The position numbers and the translations under genes were made by a program. Shown in pieces: positions 31,886 through 32,385 of a stretch of 32,385 nt of DNA (positions are counted from its first letter, which is position 1; each line of letters begins with the position of its first letter). The stretch is from Licmophora abbreviata (taxonomy: Eukaryota). The notes under the pieces were generated by a model. The model ran no database searches, was not told the DNA's origin, and saw only the letters and a program-made list of their open reading frames with translations. The DNA lies in the NCBI GenBank assembly GCA_900291995.1, contig OLMU01003354.1, forward strand, positions 1-32,385. The letters run 5' to 3'.

Positions 31886-32385
31886 TCTTGATCTTGACGT
31901 CGTGAATCCGAATCTTTCGAAACAAAAGAACGAACTTTTCTCCTCTTCTCAGATCTCAAGACTGATGACTTTCTGGTACTCTCTCTTGGAGAAGACTGCT
32001 GATAGAGCCAAAGACAAGCTTCAAAACGATGGAAGAAGGTGTGATGGGTGTCAGCTGGAACCGTAGATGGCGCGAAAAGATTGAGTGGACGCCCTTCAAC
32101 TTTCTGAGAAAATGCGAATGCCGTCCGTCAGTCGGCCGATGAGACGAGAGGAGGCGCGCAGGGCGCGCGACGACGATTGGAGATTGATGTCGACTGGCCG
32201 CCGCCCGTGATTGCGGCGCCTCACCTTACGACGGCGGCGACGACGAGACCATGAGATTCAAAGGAGAGGATTCATTTCGACTTGATTAGGAGTCACAACG
32301 CCGTTCCTATAACTCAGATGTCCTCCTCCTCTTCCTCTCTACCAAAAGAAGAGTCCCCAGACTGTCTTGTAACGCCCGTGTCTCT

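Noticed and set aside
1..32385. Prokaryotic operon, defence system, tRNA or rRNA genes
   Set aside because: Spliceosomal introns and nuclear genes show a eukaryotic locus; no RNA gene was recognisable by eye (tRNAscan-SE or Infernal would be needed to exclude one).

Overview
Gene-dense eukaryotic DNA, most consistent with a diatom or related stramenopile. This is inferred from short 81-116 bp GT-AG introns, bipartite plastid-targeting presequences and small intergenic gaps. About 17 intact genes can be modelled by hand: Nup98-Nup96, a small membrane protein, an EF-hand plus cyclic-nucleotide-binding-domain cation channel, a tandem ABM-like barrel protein, an SGNH-like protein, COQ2, two 8-Cys secreted proteins, a RoxA/YcfD-like JmjC hydroxylase, a divergent mitochondrial carrier, NSA2, two ankyrin paralogs, a DUF4349 protein, a CZIB/DUF866 homolog, a DHX33-like helicase and an EamA transporter. 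The main hidden structure is an eroded tandem segmental duplication: about 9978-11925 carries, in order, relics of the SGNH leader, a fourth Cys-rich gene and the JmjC 3' end found intact at about 11965-19650, plus a bacterial-like ABM gene that the intact copy lacks. Other highlights are a birth-and-death family of unrecognised secreted 8-Cys proteins with a variable loop, an HCN-like channel with a GFE filter and EF-hands, and a CZIB lacking both CxxC motifs. Family assignments are from motif recognition only; no searches were run.
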